Assembly: GCA_965662235.1 (NCBI GenBank)
Contig: CBFIGY010000015.1
Coordinates: forward strand, 3,641-67,640
Origin: an uncultured bacterium
Lineage (GTDB): Bacteria > SAR324 > NAC60-12
Direction of reading: 5' to 3'
Length of the DNA stretch: 64,000 nt
The notes under the pieces are model-generated. The model ran no database searches, was not told the origin of the DNA, and saw nothing but the letters and a program-made list of their open reading frames with translations. A program made the position numbers and the translations under genes. This document shows positions 25,541-33,950 of this stretch, one piece after another; within the stretch, counting starts at the first letter, position 1; each line of letters starts with the position of its first letter.

Positions 25541-26812
25541 ATGTTTCACGAGATTAAACGAAGCGATTGGGCTCTGATTGCCCTAGTTCTTTTGTTCGGG
25601 CTGGTTTTTTCCGGCGTCGCCTTTGATATTGTCCTCCGAGTGGGGGAACAGCGAGGTGGCCGTGCGGCAGACGCCATGAGCAACGCCGGGTTTGTGTTGG
25701 GTTCCGGGGTGCTGATGACCCTGATCCTGAGCACCTACCTCGGGCTCAACGCCCGGCAGAATCACCTCCTCCGGGCCCGGGAACGGTCACTGCACCAGGC
25801 CAAGGGGTTGCTAGAGGACATCATGCTCCACACGCCTCACGGACTGGCGGTCGCATCGGAGCAGGGACAGGTTCAGCAAGCGAACCCTGCTTTTTCCCAA
25901 ATCTTCGACCAGGTGGACGCGATTGGGACGTCTCTGTTCCAGCTGCTTCGACTTTCAGAAGAGCAGGTGCAGGACCTCACTCAGGCAGACACCCCGCATC
26001 CTCTGCAGGCCTCGCTCCGGGTTCCGGCCCACGGGGAACGCAGTGAGCAGAGCCTCGAATTTTCCCTCCAGCGCCTGAAGCTGGGGGAGGAAGAGGACAG
26101 CCTGATTGTTGCGCATGTGTTTGATGTGACTGCCCGCAGGCTCCTGGAGGCCCGAGTTCACCAGGCGGATCGCATGGAGGAACTGGGACGGCTGGTGAAC
26201 GAGATTGCTCATAAACTCAACACCCCGCTCGGGGCGATCACCAACAACGTTGAGTTGCTGGAGATGCGCATCGACCGCGGAGATACCACCGGACTGAAGA
26301 AGCAGGCCCAGCGCATCCTGACGGCTGCTGAGGAAGGCGCTGCCTACGTCCGGAAGCTCCGGGAACTGCCAACGCTGCAGGAGGAACTGGCTCCGACGGA
26401 ACAGACGGTGCTCGCGGTGGCGGTGCTGGAAGACGTGCTGGAGCAGATCCACGGGTTCCTGCTCGGCAAACAGGTGCTGGTGCAGCGTAACTACAACATC
26501 AACGATGAACGCCTGATCCGCTGTCACGACGGCATTCTGCGCAAAACCCTGAGCGCTCTGCTGGTGCGGGCGGTGTTGAAGGTGGAAGCCCATCCGGAGC
26601 GACTCCTGACCCTAGAGCTTCCTCTGCATCCGGATGAGGTCACCCTGGAACTCCACTACACCGACCCGACGTCGCCTCCTCCGGAACCAGCGTCTCCGGA
26701 CTTGGAACTGCTGGCCCACCAAGAGGCCATCCGGCACCTCGGAGGCGAGCTGACGGAGCGTTCCGAGGCCCAACACACCTGTCTCTCCCTTCGACTTCCC
26801 CTCTCTGCCTGA
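25541..26812 (+). CDS. Membrane histidine-kinase-like protein with a degenerate ATP-binding domain
   Basis: Two N-terminal TM helices and H-box EIAHKLNTPLGAI. I could not find N/G1/G2 boxes; the expected DxGxG region reads HYTDPTSPPPEP. There is no adjacent response regulator. Confidence 0.6.
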   Translation: MFHEIKRSDWALIALVLLFGLVFSGVAFDIVLRVGEQRGGRAADAMSNAGFVLGSGVLMTLILSTYLGLNARQNHLLRARERSLHQAKGLLEDIMLHTPHGLAVASEQGQVQQANPAFSQIFDQVDAIGTSLFQLLRLSEEQVQDLTQADTPHPLQASLRVPAHGERSEQSLEFSLQRLKLGEEEDSLIVAHVFDVTARRLLEARVHQADRMEELGRLVNEIAHKLNTPLGAITNNVELLEMRIDRGDTTGLKKQAQRILTAAEEGAAYVRKLRELPTLQEELAPTEQTVLAVAVLEDVLEQIHGFLLGKQVLVQRNYNINDERLIRCHDGILRKTLSALLVRAVLKVEAHPERLLTLELPLHPDEVTLELHYTDPTSPPPEPASPDLELLAHQEAIRHLGGELTERSEAQHTCLSLRLPLSA

Positions 26813-26924
26813 ACCCTGCCGCCTCCTGCGGTGTGAAAAACCGCGTGAGGCTTCTGCGGCTCGCCATACTTTTTGCACGTAGGTTTCCTCACCGATCAAC
26901 GGATCGGCTGAATTTCGGTTTCGG

Positions 26925-26953
26925 TTTACACACCCTAGGCCGTTCGCTATAAT
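26925..26953 (+). promoter_or_regulatory. Near-consensus sigma70 promoter TTTACA-N17-TATAAT
   Basis: -35 at 26925..26930, -10 at 26948..26953, 48 nt upstream of the BI-1 ATG. Confidence 0.5.
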
Positions 26954-27000
26954 TCTCTCATTGTTTTGCCAAGGCAACCTTTAGCTTGATAAGGAGCAAC

Positions 27001-27690
27001 ATGCGTTTTGGAAATCCCCAATCCCTGGCTTACGGAGCCGTGCCCGCTTCGTCCGTTTCCGTACAGGAGCGCCTGGTCTTCCTCAAGAAGGTCTATGGCC
27101 TCCTCGGGGCTTCGCTGCTGACGGCAACCGTCGGGGCCTACCTGGCCAGCGGACCGCTGTTTGAAGTGATGATGAGGCTGCACATGCCGCTCTTCCTGCT
27201 GGAAATCGGCCTGATCTTCTTTGCCTCCTACGCCGCGCGCAAACCCGGCCTGAACATGATTGCGCTCTTCAGCTTTACCTTTGTTTCAGGGCTGACGCTG
27301 GGGCCGATCTTGGGGCTGTACATCATGGGCGGAAAGTCCACGGTCATTGCAGAAGCCTTTGCGCTGACCACAGTGGTGTTTTTTGGACTGAGCGCCTACG
27401 TCGTCTTTTCCCGGAAGGACTTCAGCTTCATGGGCGGGTTCTTGATGACAGGACTGATCATCTTAGTGGTCGGCAGCCTCATCAACATGTTTGTGGGCAG
27501 CTCCATGGGGTCCTTCCTCATCTCTGGAGTGGCAGTGTTCCTGTTCAGTGGCTTCATTCTCTATGACACCTCGAACATCCTTCGGAACTACAGCACAGAA
27601 GACTACGTCAGCGCGACCTTGGCGCTGTACCTTGACATCCTCAACCTCTTCATTGCGCTGCTCAACATTCTGGGCTTGAGCCGCGACTGA
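27001..27690 (+). CDS. Bax-inhibitor-1/YccA-family membrane protein
   Basis: Seven predicted TM helices and a C-terminal ILYDTSNIL...DILNLFIALLNILG pattern. The ATG at 27001 has an AAGGAG SD; the track start is a TTG at 26986. Confidence 0.88.
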   Translation: MRFGNPQSLAYGAVPASSVSVQERLVFLKKVYGLLGASLLTATVGAYLASGPLFEVMMRLHMPLFLLEIGLIFFASYAARKPGLNMIALFSFTFVSGLTLGPILGLYIMGGKSTVIAEAFALTTVVFFGLSAYVVFSRKDFSFMGGFLMTGLIILVVGSLINMFVGSSMGSFLISGVAVFLFSGFILYDTSNILRNYSTEDYVSATLALYLDILNLFIALLNILGLSRD

Positions 27691-27699
27691 CCCCCCGCA

Positions 27700-30288
27700 A
27701 TGCGGCGCTTTGCCTGGGGATTCCTCTTCAGCCTCCTGGGGCTACCGCTGGTCGGAGTACTGGCGCTGGCCCTAGGGCTTTCCCTGACCTACCAAGACGC
27801 CCTGCTCGACTTTGAGCAAGCGGTGGAAGCGATCTCGACCAACACCATCCTGCTGGACACGGAGGGGAAGCCGTTCCATACCCTGCACAGCGGGGAACGT
27901 CGGCAGGTGGTGGAACGTCGTGAGACCGGACGCTGGATGCAGCTCAGTGTCTTGGCGGCAGAAGACACCCGCTTCTTTCACCACCGGGGCGTGGACCCCA
28001 TCCGGATCCTCTCCGCCCTGTGGGTGAACCTGCGCCATGGAGAGGTCAAGCAGGGAGCCAGTACCATCACCCAGCAGCTGGTCAAGGTCCTCCTCCTCAG
28101 TCCGGAGCGAACGTGGACCCGTAAGGTCCGGGAGGCCCTCATTTCCATTTCGCTGGAGTGGAAGTACGACAAGACCGATATCCTCGAAGCCTACCTCAAC
28201 ACCATCTACCTCGGACACGGCAACTATGGAGTCGAGCAAGCGGCCCAGAGTTACTTCCGCAAGCACGCCGCTGAATTGACCATTGGCGAGGCAAGCCTGC
28301 TGGGGGGCATCATCCGCCGCCCCGAATTTTACCTCAAGGTCCCCAACAACCTCCCCGAAAAGAGCGAATTTTATCCCCAGTCGGCGCTGCTGGAAGCCCT
28401 GAACCGCCGTGAGTTGGTCCTCCGAGAAATGGCCCGTCAGCGCTGGATTACAGCAGAACAGTGGCGGGAAGTCCGGGAGGAAAAGCTCCAGGTGCACCTC
28501 CCCAAGCGTTTTAGTGGCAGCGGGGCATACTTCATTCAAGAGGTGGTCAAGCGTCTGAAGAACAACCACAACCTGGCGCAGGTGTATGGAGGTGGGTATC
28601 GGGTGTACACGACCTACAATCCGGAGCTTCAGGAGTTGGCTGAAGCCGCCACACACTCCATTTACGAAGGCGACACGCCGCACTCTGCACAGGTGGCACT
28701 GGTGTCAATGGAGCCCAAGACCGGGTTTGTGCGGGCCCTGGTCGGAGGTCGGGATTTTGGGGAGTCTGAATTCAATCGGGCGGTCCAGGCGTTGCGGCAA
28801 CCAGGATCGTCGTTTAAGCCGACGCTCTATGCCACAGCCCTAGAAAAGAGCTTTGCCCCCAACAACGTTTTTAAGGATGAGCCCCTGGTGTATGAATGGG
28901 TGGACGACCTAGGCCTGACCAGCTTCTATTCGCCCGGGAATGCCGATGGCAAGTTTGGGAAGGAGCGGACCTGGCTGGGACGAAACGGGGTGGAGTACAC
29001 AACCGATCACATGACCCTAGCCAAGGCCCTGGAACGCTCCGTGAATACGGTCGCGGTGCAGGTGCTGGATCAACTCGGCATTGGTCCTCTGACTCAGCAG
29101 GCCAAAAAGGTGGGCCTGGAGGTTGATGGAAAGATGGGACTCTGCATCGCGCTCGGTTGTTCCGGAACCACGTTGCTGGACCTCACCACGTCTTACACCC
29201 CCTTTGCGAACGGCGGCATTGCGCGACGTCCGGTTTTCATTACCCGCATTGAGGATTTTACCGGCAATATCGTTTACAAGTATGAAGCCGACCCGGGCAT
29301 TCAGGCCTATTCACCATGGACCGCACACCTGATGAATGAAATGCTCCGCCGTGTGGTTCTAAAGGGCACCGGCCGCAACGCCCAGTGGGGCAACAGAGAT
29401 GTTCCCATCGCTGGGAAAACCGGCACCAACACCGATGGGCGGGACGCCTGGTTCGTTGGCTACACACCTGAACTGGTCACGGGGGTCTGGATTGGCAAAG
29501 ACGACAACACCGCTATGCCGTGGGAGCAGGGTGGACGAACCCCCGCTCGCATCTGGCGACGGTACAGCAAACCGGCTCTGCAACTGGTACCGCCACAGGA
29601 ATTTCCAGAACCACCGGAGCACGCCTTGATGCCCACCTGCTCTGTGAGTGGAAAGCTGGCCACCCAAAACTGTCCGGATGTGGAGTACTACTCCTACCAG
29701 CTGGACGCACTGCCAACCGAATACTGCACAGAGCATCCGGGCTTCCCCCTGAAGCACCTGGTCTCCATGGACGATACGCCCGTTGCCGAACTGCCGGATG
29801 CGCTCGTTCCGGAAGACGCCACTGTGGCTCAGCCGGAAGTGCTTCAAGACGCGGGACGCTTCCCCGCTCCGGAAACCCTTGCCCGGCCGCTCCCGGCTGT
29901 CCCGGAAGTGGCACTGGAGCCCAGCCCACCGGCGTCGGAGTGGCGTCCGGACGCGGCACCTGGAGAGGCGCGTGTGCTTCCAGAACCGACTCCTCGGTTC
30001 CGGGACGTTCCGGTGACAGAGCCTGAATTCTCTGCTCAGCCCACCTCTCAGGAGCGTACGAGTCGCTTCCGGGATGTTCCCACGCCGGAGCCAGAAGCAT
30101 CGACCCTTTCAGATGCCGCTGCCGATCCGGACTGGCGGGTGCCGCAGGATCCGGATGTGCCCATTTTTGAGCTGGAACCTGCCTCCGGGTCTCGGCGAAA
30201 CTCGTCAGAAGGAGGACGTTTCCTGGATCTACCTGAAGTCTTCAATACCCCCTACTCGTCCAACCGCGGAGCCCTGCCCTCTCGTTGA
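27700..30288 (+). CDS. Class A penicillin-binding protein (glycosyltransferase plus transpeptidase) with a roughly 170-aa Pro/Glu-rich C-terminal tail
   Basis: GT51 motifs EDTRFFHHRGVD, GASTITQQLVK and RKVREA. Transpeptidase motifs SSFKP, SVN and KTGT. The tail contains RFRDVP twice. Confidence 0.9.
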   Translation: MRRFAWGFLFSLLGLPLVGVLALALGLSLTYQDALLDFEQAVEAISTNTILLDTEGKPFHTLHSGERRQVVERRETGRWMQLSVLAAEDTRFFHHRGVDPIRILSALWVNLRHGEVKQGASTITQQLVKVLLLSPERTWTRKVREALISISLEWKYDKTDILEAYLNTIYLGHGNYGVEQAAQSYFRKHAAELTIGEASLLGGIIRRPEFYLKVPNNLPEKSEFYPQSALLEALNRRELVLREMARQRWITAEQWREVREEKLQVHLPKRFSGSGAYFIQEVVKRLKNNHNLAQVYGGGYRVYTTYNPELQELAEAATHSIYEGDTPHSAQVALVSMEPKTGFVRALVGGRDFGESEFNRAVQALRQPGSSFKPTLYATALEKSFAPNNVFKDEPLVYEWVDDLGLTSFYSPGNADGKFGKERTWLGRNGVEYTTDHMTLAKALERSVNTVAVQVLDQLGIGPLTQQAKKVGLEVDGKMGLCIALGCSGTTLLDLTTSYTPFANGGIARRPVFITRIEDFTGNIVYKYEADPGIQAYSPWTAHLMNEMLRRVVLKGTGRNAQWGNRDVPIAGKTGTNTDGRDAWFVGYTPELVTGVWIGKDDNTAMPWEQGGRTPARIWRRYSKPALQLVPPQEFPEPPEHALMPTCSVSGKLATQNCPDVEYYSYQLDALPTEYCTEHPGFPLKHLVSMDDTPVAELPDALVPEDATVAQPEVLQDAGRFPAPETLARPLPAVPEVALEPSPPASEWRPDAAPGEARVLPEPTPRFRDVPVTEPEFSAQPTSQERTSRFRDVPTPEPEASTLSDAAADPDWRVPQDPDVPIFELEPASGSRRNSSEGGRFLDLPEVFNTPYSSNRGALPSR

Positions 30289-30297
30289 GAATCAAGC

Positions 30298-32139
30298 ATG
30301 CGTGTCTTCTTGTTGTTGCTGGTGAGCCTCAGTGTGCTCAGCTGTTCCGGCCCCCGGCCTGAGGGGCCAGCAGAGGTTTCTGCGGATCGAGGCATCCGCC
30401 GCACGGCTCCAGACCCGAGCGAGCGAGTCGCTTTGGTGCTGGGAAATGCCGAATACTCAGCGAGTCCTCTGAAGAACCCGGTGAATGACGCCCGCGCCAT
30501 GGCGGCTTTGCTGGAAGAGGCTCAGTTTGAAGTCCAGCTTCTGGAAAATGCCACCTACGCCCAGATGGAGGATGCCCTTCATGCCTTTGGGCAGAAGCTG
30601 AGCCGCGCTCGGGTGGCGCTGTTTTACTACGCTGGACACGGGGTGCAGTCGCAGGGACGGAACTACCTGATGCCGGTCGACGCATCGGTGCAGAAACCGC
30701 ATGAGCTGCGTTACCAGACTCTGGAATTAGGCCGCATCCTGGAAACCATGGAAAGTGCCGGAAGCGCCACGAATCTGGTCATTCTGGACGCCTGCCGCAA
30801 CAACCCCTTCGAGTCGGCATGGCGCTCTGAGCAGCGCGGATTGGCACCGGTCCGAGCGCCCGGAGGAACCTTTGTGGCCTTTGCGACAGCTCCGGGAGAG
30901 GTTGCAGCAGACGGCTCCGGACAGCATGGGCTTTATACCGAGGCCCTCCTGCAGAACCTCCGCACGCCCGGAGTTCCGGTGGAGTTGGCGTTCAAGCGGG
31001 TTCGGCAAGACGTGTTGCAGGCCAGCAATCAGCAGCAAATCCCCTGGGATCAATCGTCCTTGACCACGGACTTTCGCTTCTTTCCGGGTGCGGCGCCTCC
31101 TGAGATCGCTGAGGTGCCTGAGCCTGTGGTTGTGTGTGACGAACCGTGCCAGCAGCAGCGGTTGACATCCATGCGGGCCGAGTTCAAGGAGCTTCGGGAG
31201 CGGGAGTTGGAGCGCCCAGAGGCGGCCGAACTGGTCCGGCGCTGGCAGGCGTTTCTGCAGACGCATCAAGGGCGTTCCGCTTCAGTGACAGAAGAAAACA
31301 CGATGCGCGCCAAGGCCCGGAAGCAGCTCGCCTTCTGGAAGCAGGAACAACAGGCCCTCCAGTCGAATGAAGACCAGAAGCGCCAGCAGTGGCGTCAAGG
31401 GGTCTGGACGGAGCCCGCGACCCGGATGGATTTTGTTGCAGTGGAAGGAGACCCCTTCTTCCGTTTGGGAGACCTGCTGGCCGACCAACCTCAGTGGGAA
31501 GAGGTGGCGGTTCCACGCTTCTGGATGTCCCGTTACGAGGTGACCTTGGCGCAGTGGGAGGCGGTGATGAAGAGCCCTGCGGAAGCTCCTCCTGCAGACT
31601 CCGTTCAGGACTGGGTCAAGCAGACCCTCCGGAAGGGCTGGGAGAGCGCTAAGCAGGTGGCGCAGCAGTACCTTCCCGAAAAACAGATCCCGGTTGTCGG
31701 CAAGACGTCTTCAGAAATTGCCGATTTTCTCTCTCGCCTCAATGCGCTGCATCCGGAAGGGCCGGAAATCCGCCTTCCCACTGCAGCAGAATGGGAGTAC
31801 GCCTGCCGAGAAGGAGGACGGCGGACTCGATTTGGTACAGGAAAGATGACCATTAGTTTGTATGACGCTAATTTTCAACCCGAGGCGAAACGCCCTGCTT
31901 TTGTCCTAGGTCCCGGACGTGAGGACACGAAGCTGGCGCCCGTCGGTTCGTATGAGCCCAATGCCCTCGGCCTTTATGACCTCAGCGGCAATGCCGCGGA
32001 GTGGGTGGACGGTTTGGATCAGCTGCGTGGGGGCAGCTTTCAGGATGGCGGAGCCGCGTTGCAGTGTGCCGCGTTGCAGCAAGGACGCCTGTGGGGGCGA
32101 GATCAGACGGCTGGCATCCGACTGGTGAGAGGGTACTGA
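30298..32139 (+). CDS. Lipoprotein with an N-terminal caspase (peptidase C14) domain and a C-terminal FGE/SUMF1-like domain
   Basis: Lipobox LSVLSC. Caspase dyad YYAGHG (His114) and ILDACRNNPF (Cys166). The FGE-like region has FWMSRYEVT, RLPTAAEWEYACREGG, YDLSGNAAEWV and RGGSF. Confidence 0.85.
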   Translation: MRVFLLLLVSLSVLSCSGPRPEGPAEVSADRGIRRTAPDPSERVALVLGNAEYSASPLKNPVNDARAMAALLEEAQFEVQLLENATYAQMEDALHAFGQKLSRARVALFYYAGHGVQSQGRNYLMPVDASVQKPHELRYQTLELGRILETMESAGSATNLVILDACRNNPFESAWRSEQRGLAPVRAPGGTFVAFATAPGEVAADGSGQHGLYTEALLQNLRTPGVPVELAFKRVRQDVLQASNQQQIPWDQSSLTTDFRFFPGAAPPEIAEVPEPVVVCDEPCQQQRLTSMRAEFKELRERELERPEAAELVRRWQAFLQTHQGRSASVTEENTMRAKARKQLAFWKQEQQALQSNEDQKRQQWRQGVWTEPATRMDFVAVEGDPFFRLGDLLADQPQWEEVAVPRFWMSRYEVTLAQWEAVMKSPAEAPPADSVQDWVKQTLRKGWESAKQVAQQYLPEKQIPVVGKTSSEIADFLSRLNALHPEGPEIRLPTAAEWEYACREGGRRTRFGTGKMTISLYDANFQPEAKRPAFVLGPGREDTKLAPVGSYEPNALGLYDLSGNAAEWVDGLDQLRGGSFQDGGAALQCAALQQGRLWGRDQTAGIRLVRGY

Positions 32140-32925
32140 ATGACAGAATCCATTGACCCTGCTCAGCAGCCGGAAGCATGGCTGGAAGCTCACTACTCTG
32201 AACTGGAGAAAGTGGTCCGGCACCTCTGCGACCGCAAACGCCTTTGGGGAGACGAGGCCGAGGAGTTTCAGAGCCTCGCGCGCCTGCACTTTGTGGAACG
32301 CGACTACGCCGTCATCCGGGAACTGGGCCAGGTGCAGTCGGTCCAGTCATTCCTCTACGCGGTGCTGTCCCGGTTGCTGGTCGATTACATCCGGCAACGT
32401 AAGGGCCGGTTCCGCCCGTCTCGCAAGGCCGAGGGCCAGGGCGAGATCGCGGTTTTGCTGGAACGGATGGTCCTGGAGCAGCGCCTGACCCTGGAAGAGG
32501 CCTTTCAGTCCCTGACCATCACCCACCAACGGGACCTCAGCCGTCAGGCGTTTCAGGAACTTTGCAACACCTTGGACCTGCAGCGGGGGCGTCCGGAACT
32601 GCAGAGCCTGGAGGAGCCGGAGCTCCTGCCGGCTGCAGAAGCCTCTGTGGAAGAGCTGGCCTTTGTCACGCCTCGGGTGCTCCTGGAGCCTGCTCTGGCT
32701 GAGCTGGAGGCGCTGCAGGAAGGACTCAGCTCTGAGGATCGTTTGCTGCTGGAGTGGCGCTTCCGGGACCAACTCTCCATCAGTGAAATTGCGCGGGTGC
32801 TGAAGATCACTCGCTACCATGCGGAGACCTCCCTCCAGCGTCTGCTGCTGCGTTTGCGAGAACGCCTGCTGGAACAGGGACTTGACGAAGATCACTTGCG
32901 ACAGCTCTTGCGTTTGCTTGGATAA
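32140..32925 (+). CDS. Sigma-70 family, ECF-like sigma factor, unusually long (261 aa)
   Basis: Region-2-like AEEFQSL...SFLYAVLSRLLVDYIRQRKG. Region-4 HTH LSISEIARVLKITRYHAETSLQRLLLRLRERL. About 80 aa lie between them. The ATG abuts the caspase gene stop (TGAATG). Confidence 0.7.
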   Translation: MTESIDPAQQPEAWLEAHYSELEKVVRHLCDRKRLWGDEAEEFQSLARLHFVERDYAVIRELGQVQSVQSFLYAVLSRLLVDYIRQRKGRFRPSRKAEGQGEIAVLLERMVLEQRLTLEEAFQSLTITHQRDLSRQAFQELCNTLDLQRGRPELQSLEEPELLPAAEASVEELAFVTPRVLLEPALAELEALQEGLSSEDRLLLEWRFRDQLSISEIARVLKITRYHAETSLQRLLLRLRERLLEQGLDEDHLRQLLRLLG

Positions 32926-33005
32926 TCCTATCGTTTATTTTGAAAACCTGTGGATCGTCCGTCCAGACCAAGTGAAGGTAACAACCCCAATGTTTTGGGC
33001 GGCTG

Positions 33006-33950
33006 ATGGAGATTGGATTTATGTTGAATGATTGCCCCTCAACCCAGACGATGGCCAACTTTTCGGATGGCACCCTTCCGGAAACCGAGCACCGCAAGGT
33101 GGTCGATCACCTGGCCGCATGTCGAGACTGTTCCGAGTGGATGGCGGTGCTGATGGAGACCAAGGAGGCGCTCCCGCATCTGTTCCAGGAGGAAGCGGAG
33201 TCCCAAGTGGCTCCGGTGGTGAAACTCCCGCCGGCGAACAAGCGTCGCCCAGCGCCAAACCGTTCCTTCCAGTGGAAGCCCCTCTTGGTTGCCGCGTCGA
33301 TTTCAGTGGTCGCCGGACTGAGCCTGCTGAGCGCCTTCTCCGGAGGCCCCAAGCTGGAAGGCATGGGCGCAGCCGCTGTTGCCGAACGACTCCGGAACCT
33401 GCCGGCCCCAGTGGAGTCGGTTCCAGAAGAGACGATGATGGCGTTTTCCAGCACCACGACTCCTGCACAGTCCGCCTTCACAACCGGATTGCTGATGACG
33501 CGTTCAACGCACTACCTCGTGAACCACGAACTCAAGGCCGCGGCAGCGACCTTTGAGCAGCTGGAGCAACTCAATCTCAATCCGACCCTCAACCGCCAAC
33601 TCTACGTCTGGAAGACCTGGGCCAAGCAAACGCGCGATGCCTCGTATGCCCTTCCTCCGGAGGTGGAGCACTGGGAAGGACGCTTTGCTTCAGATGCTGA
33701 GCGCCCCTACCTGCACCTCGGAGAACTGGCGGAAGGAAGCCGCATTGCGATTCTGCACCAGGATCAGAGCTTCTTCCGGGACCTCCCAATGCGGACCCTC
33801 CGAGCAGAACTGGAGGACGCCCAGGCGCTGCCAGGTGTTTTCCGAAGCTTGGAAACATTGGAACTGCTGGCACTTTCGCCCAACCCGACCGACCACCAGT
33901 GGCAAGAGGCGGATGAAGCCGTCCGAGACCTCATCCTGCTCTTCCAATGA
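33006..33950 (+). CDS. Single-pass anti-sigma factor with a zf-HC2 (ZAS) motif and a roughly 200-aa periplasmic domain
   Basis: HLAACRDC fits HxxxCxxC. TM helix WKPLLVAASISVVAGLSLLSAF. It directly follows the sigma gene. An alternative ATG is at 33021. Confidence 0.65.
   Translation: MEIGFMLNDCPSTQTMANFSDGTLPETEHRKVVDHLAACRDCSEWMAVLMETKEALPHLFQEEAESQVAPVVKLPPANKRRPAPNRSFQWKPLLVAASISVVAGLSLLSAFSGGPKLEGMGAAAVAERLRNLPAPVESVPEETMMAFSSTTTPAQSAFTTGLLMTRSTHYLVNHELKAAAATFEQLEQLNLNPTLNRQLYVWKTWAKQTRDASYALPPEVEHWEGRFASDAERPYLHLGELAEGSRIAILHQDQSFFRDLPMRTLRAELEDAQALPGVFRSLETLELLALSPNPTDHQWQEADEAVRDLILLFQ

Noticed and set aside
30298-32139. FGE-like domain as the maturase of the sulfatase at 55630..57120
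   Set aside because: The CxxxxC catalytic pair that follows RGGS(F/W/Y) in true FGEs is absent. In addition, the protein is a secreted lipoprotein while the sulfatase lacks a signal peptide.
27700-32139. Gasdermin-caspase type cell-death operon
   Set aside because: No gasdermin-like ORF (about 250-300 aa, N-terminal pore-forming fold) lies next to the caspase gene. The neighbours are a PBP and a sigma factor.
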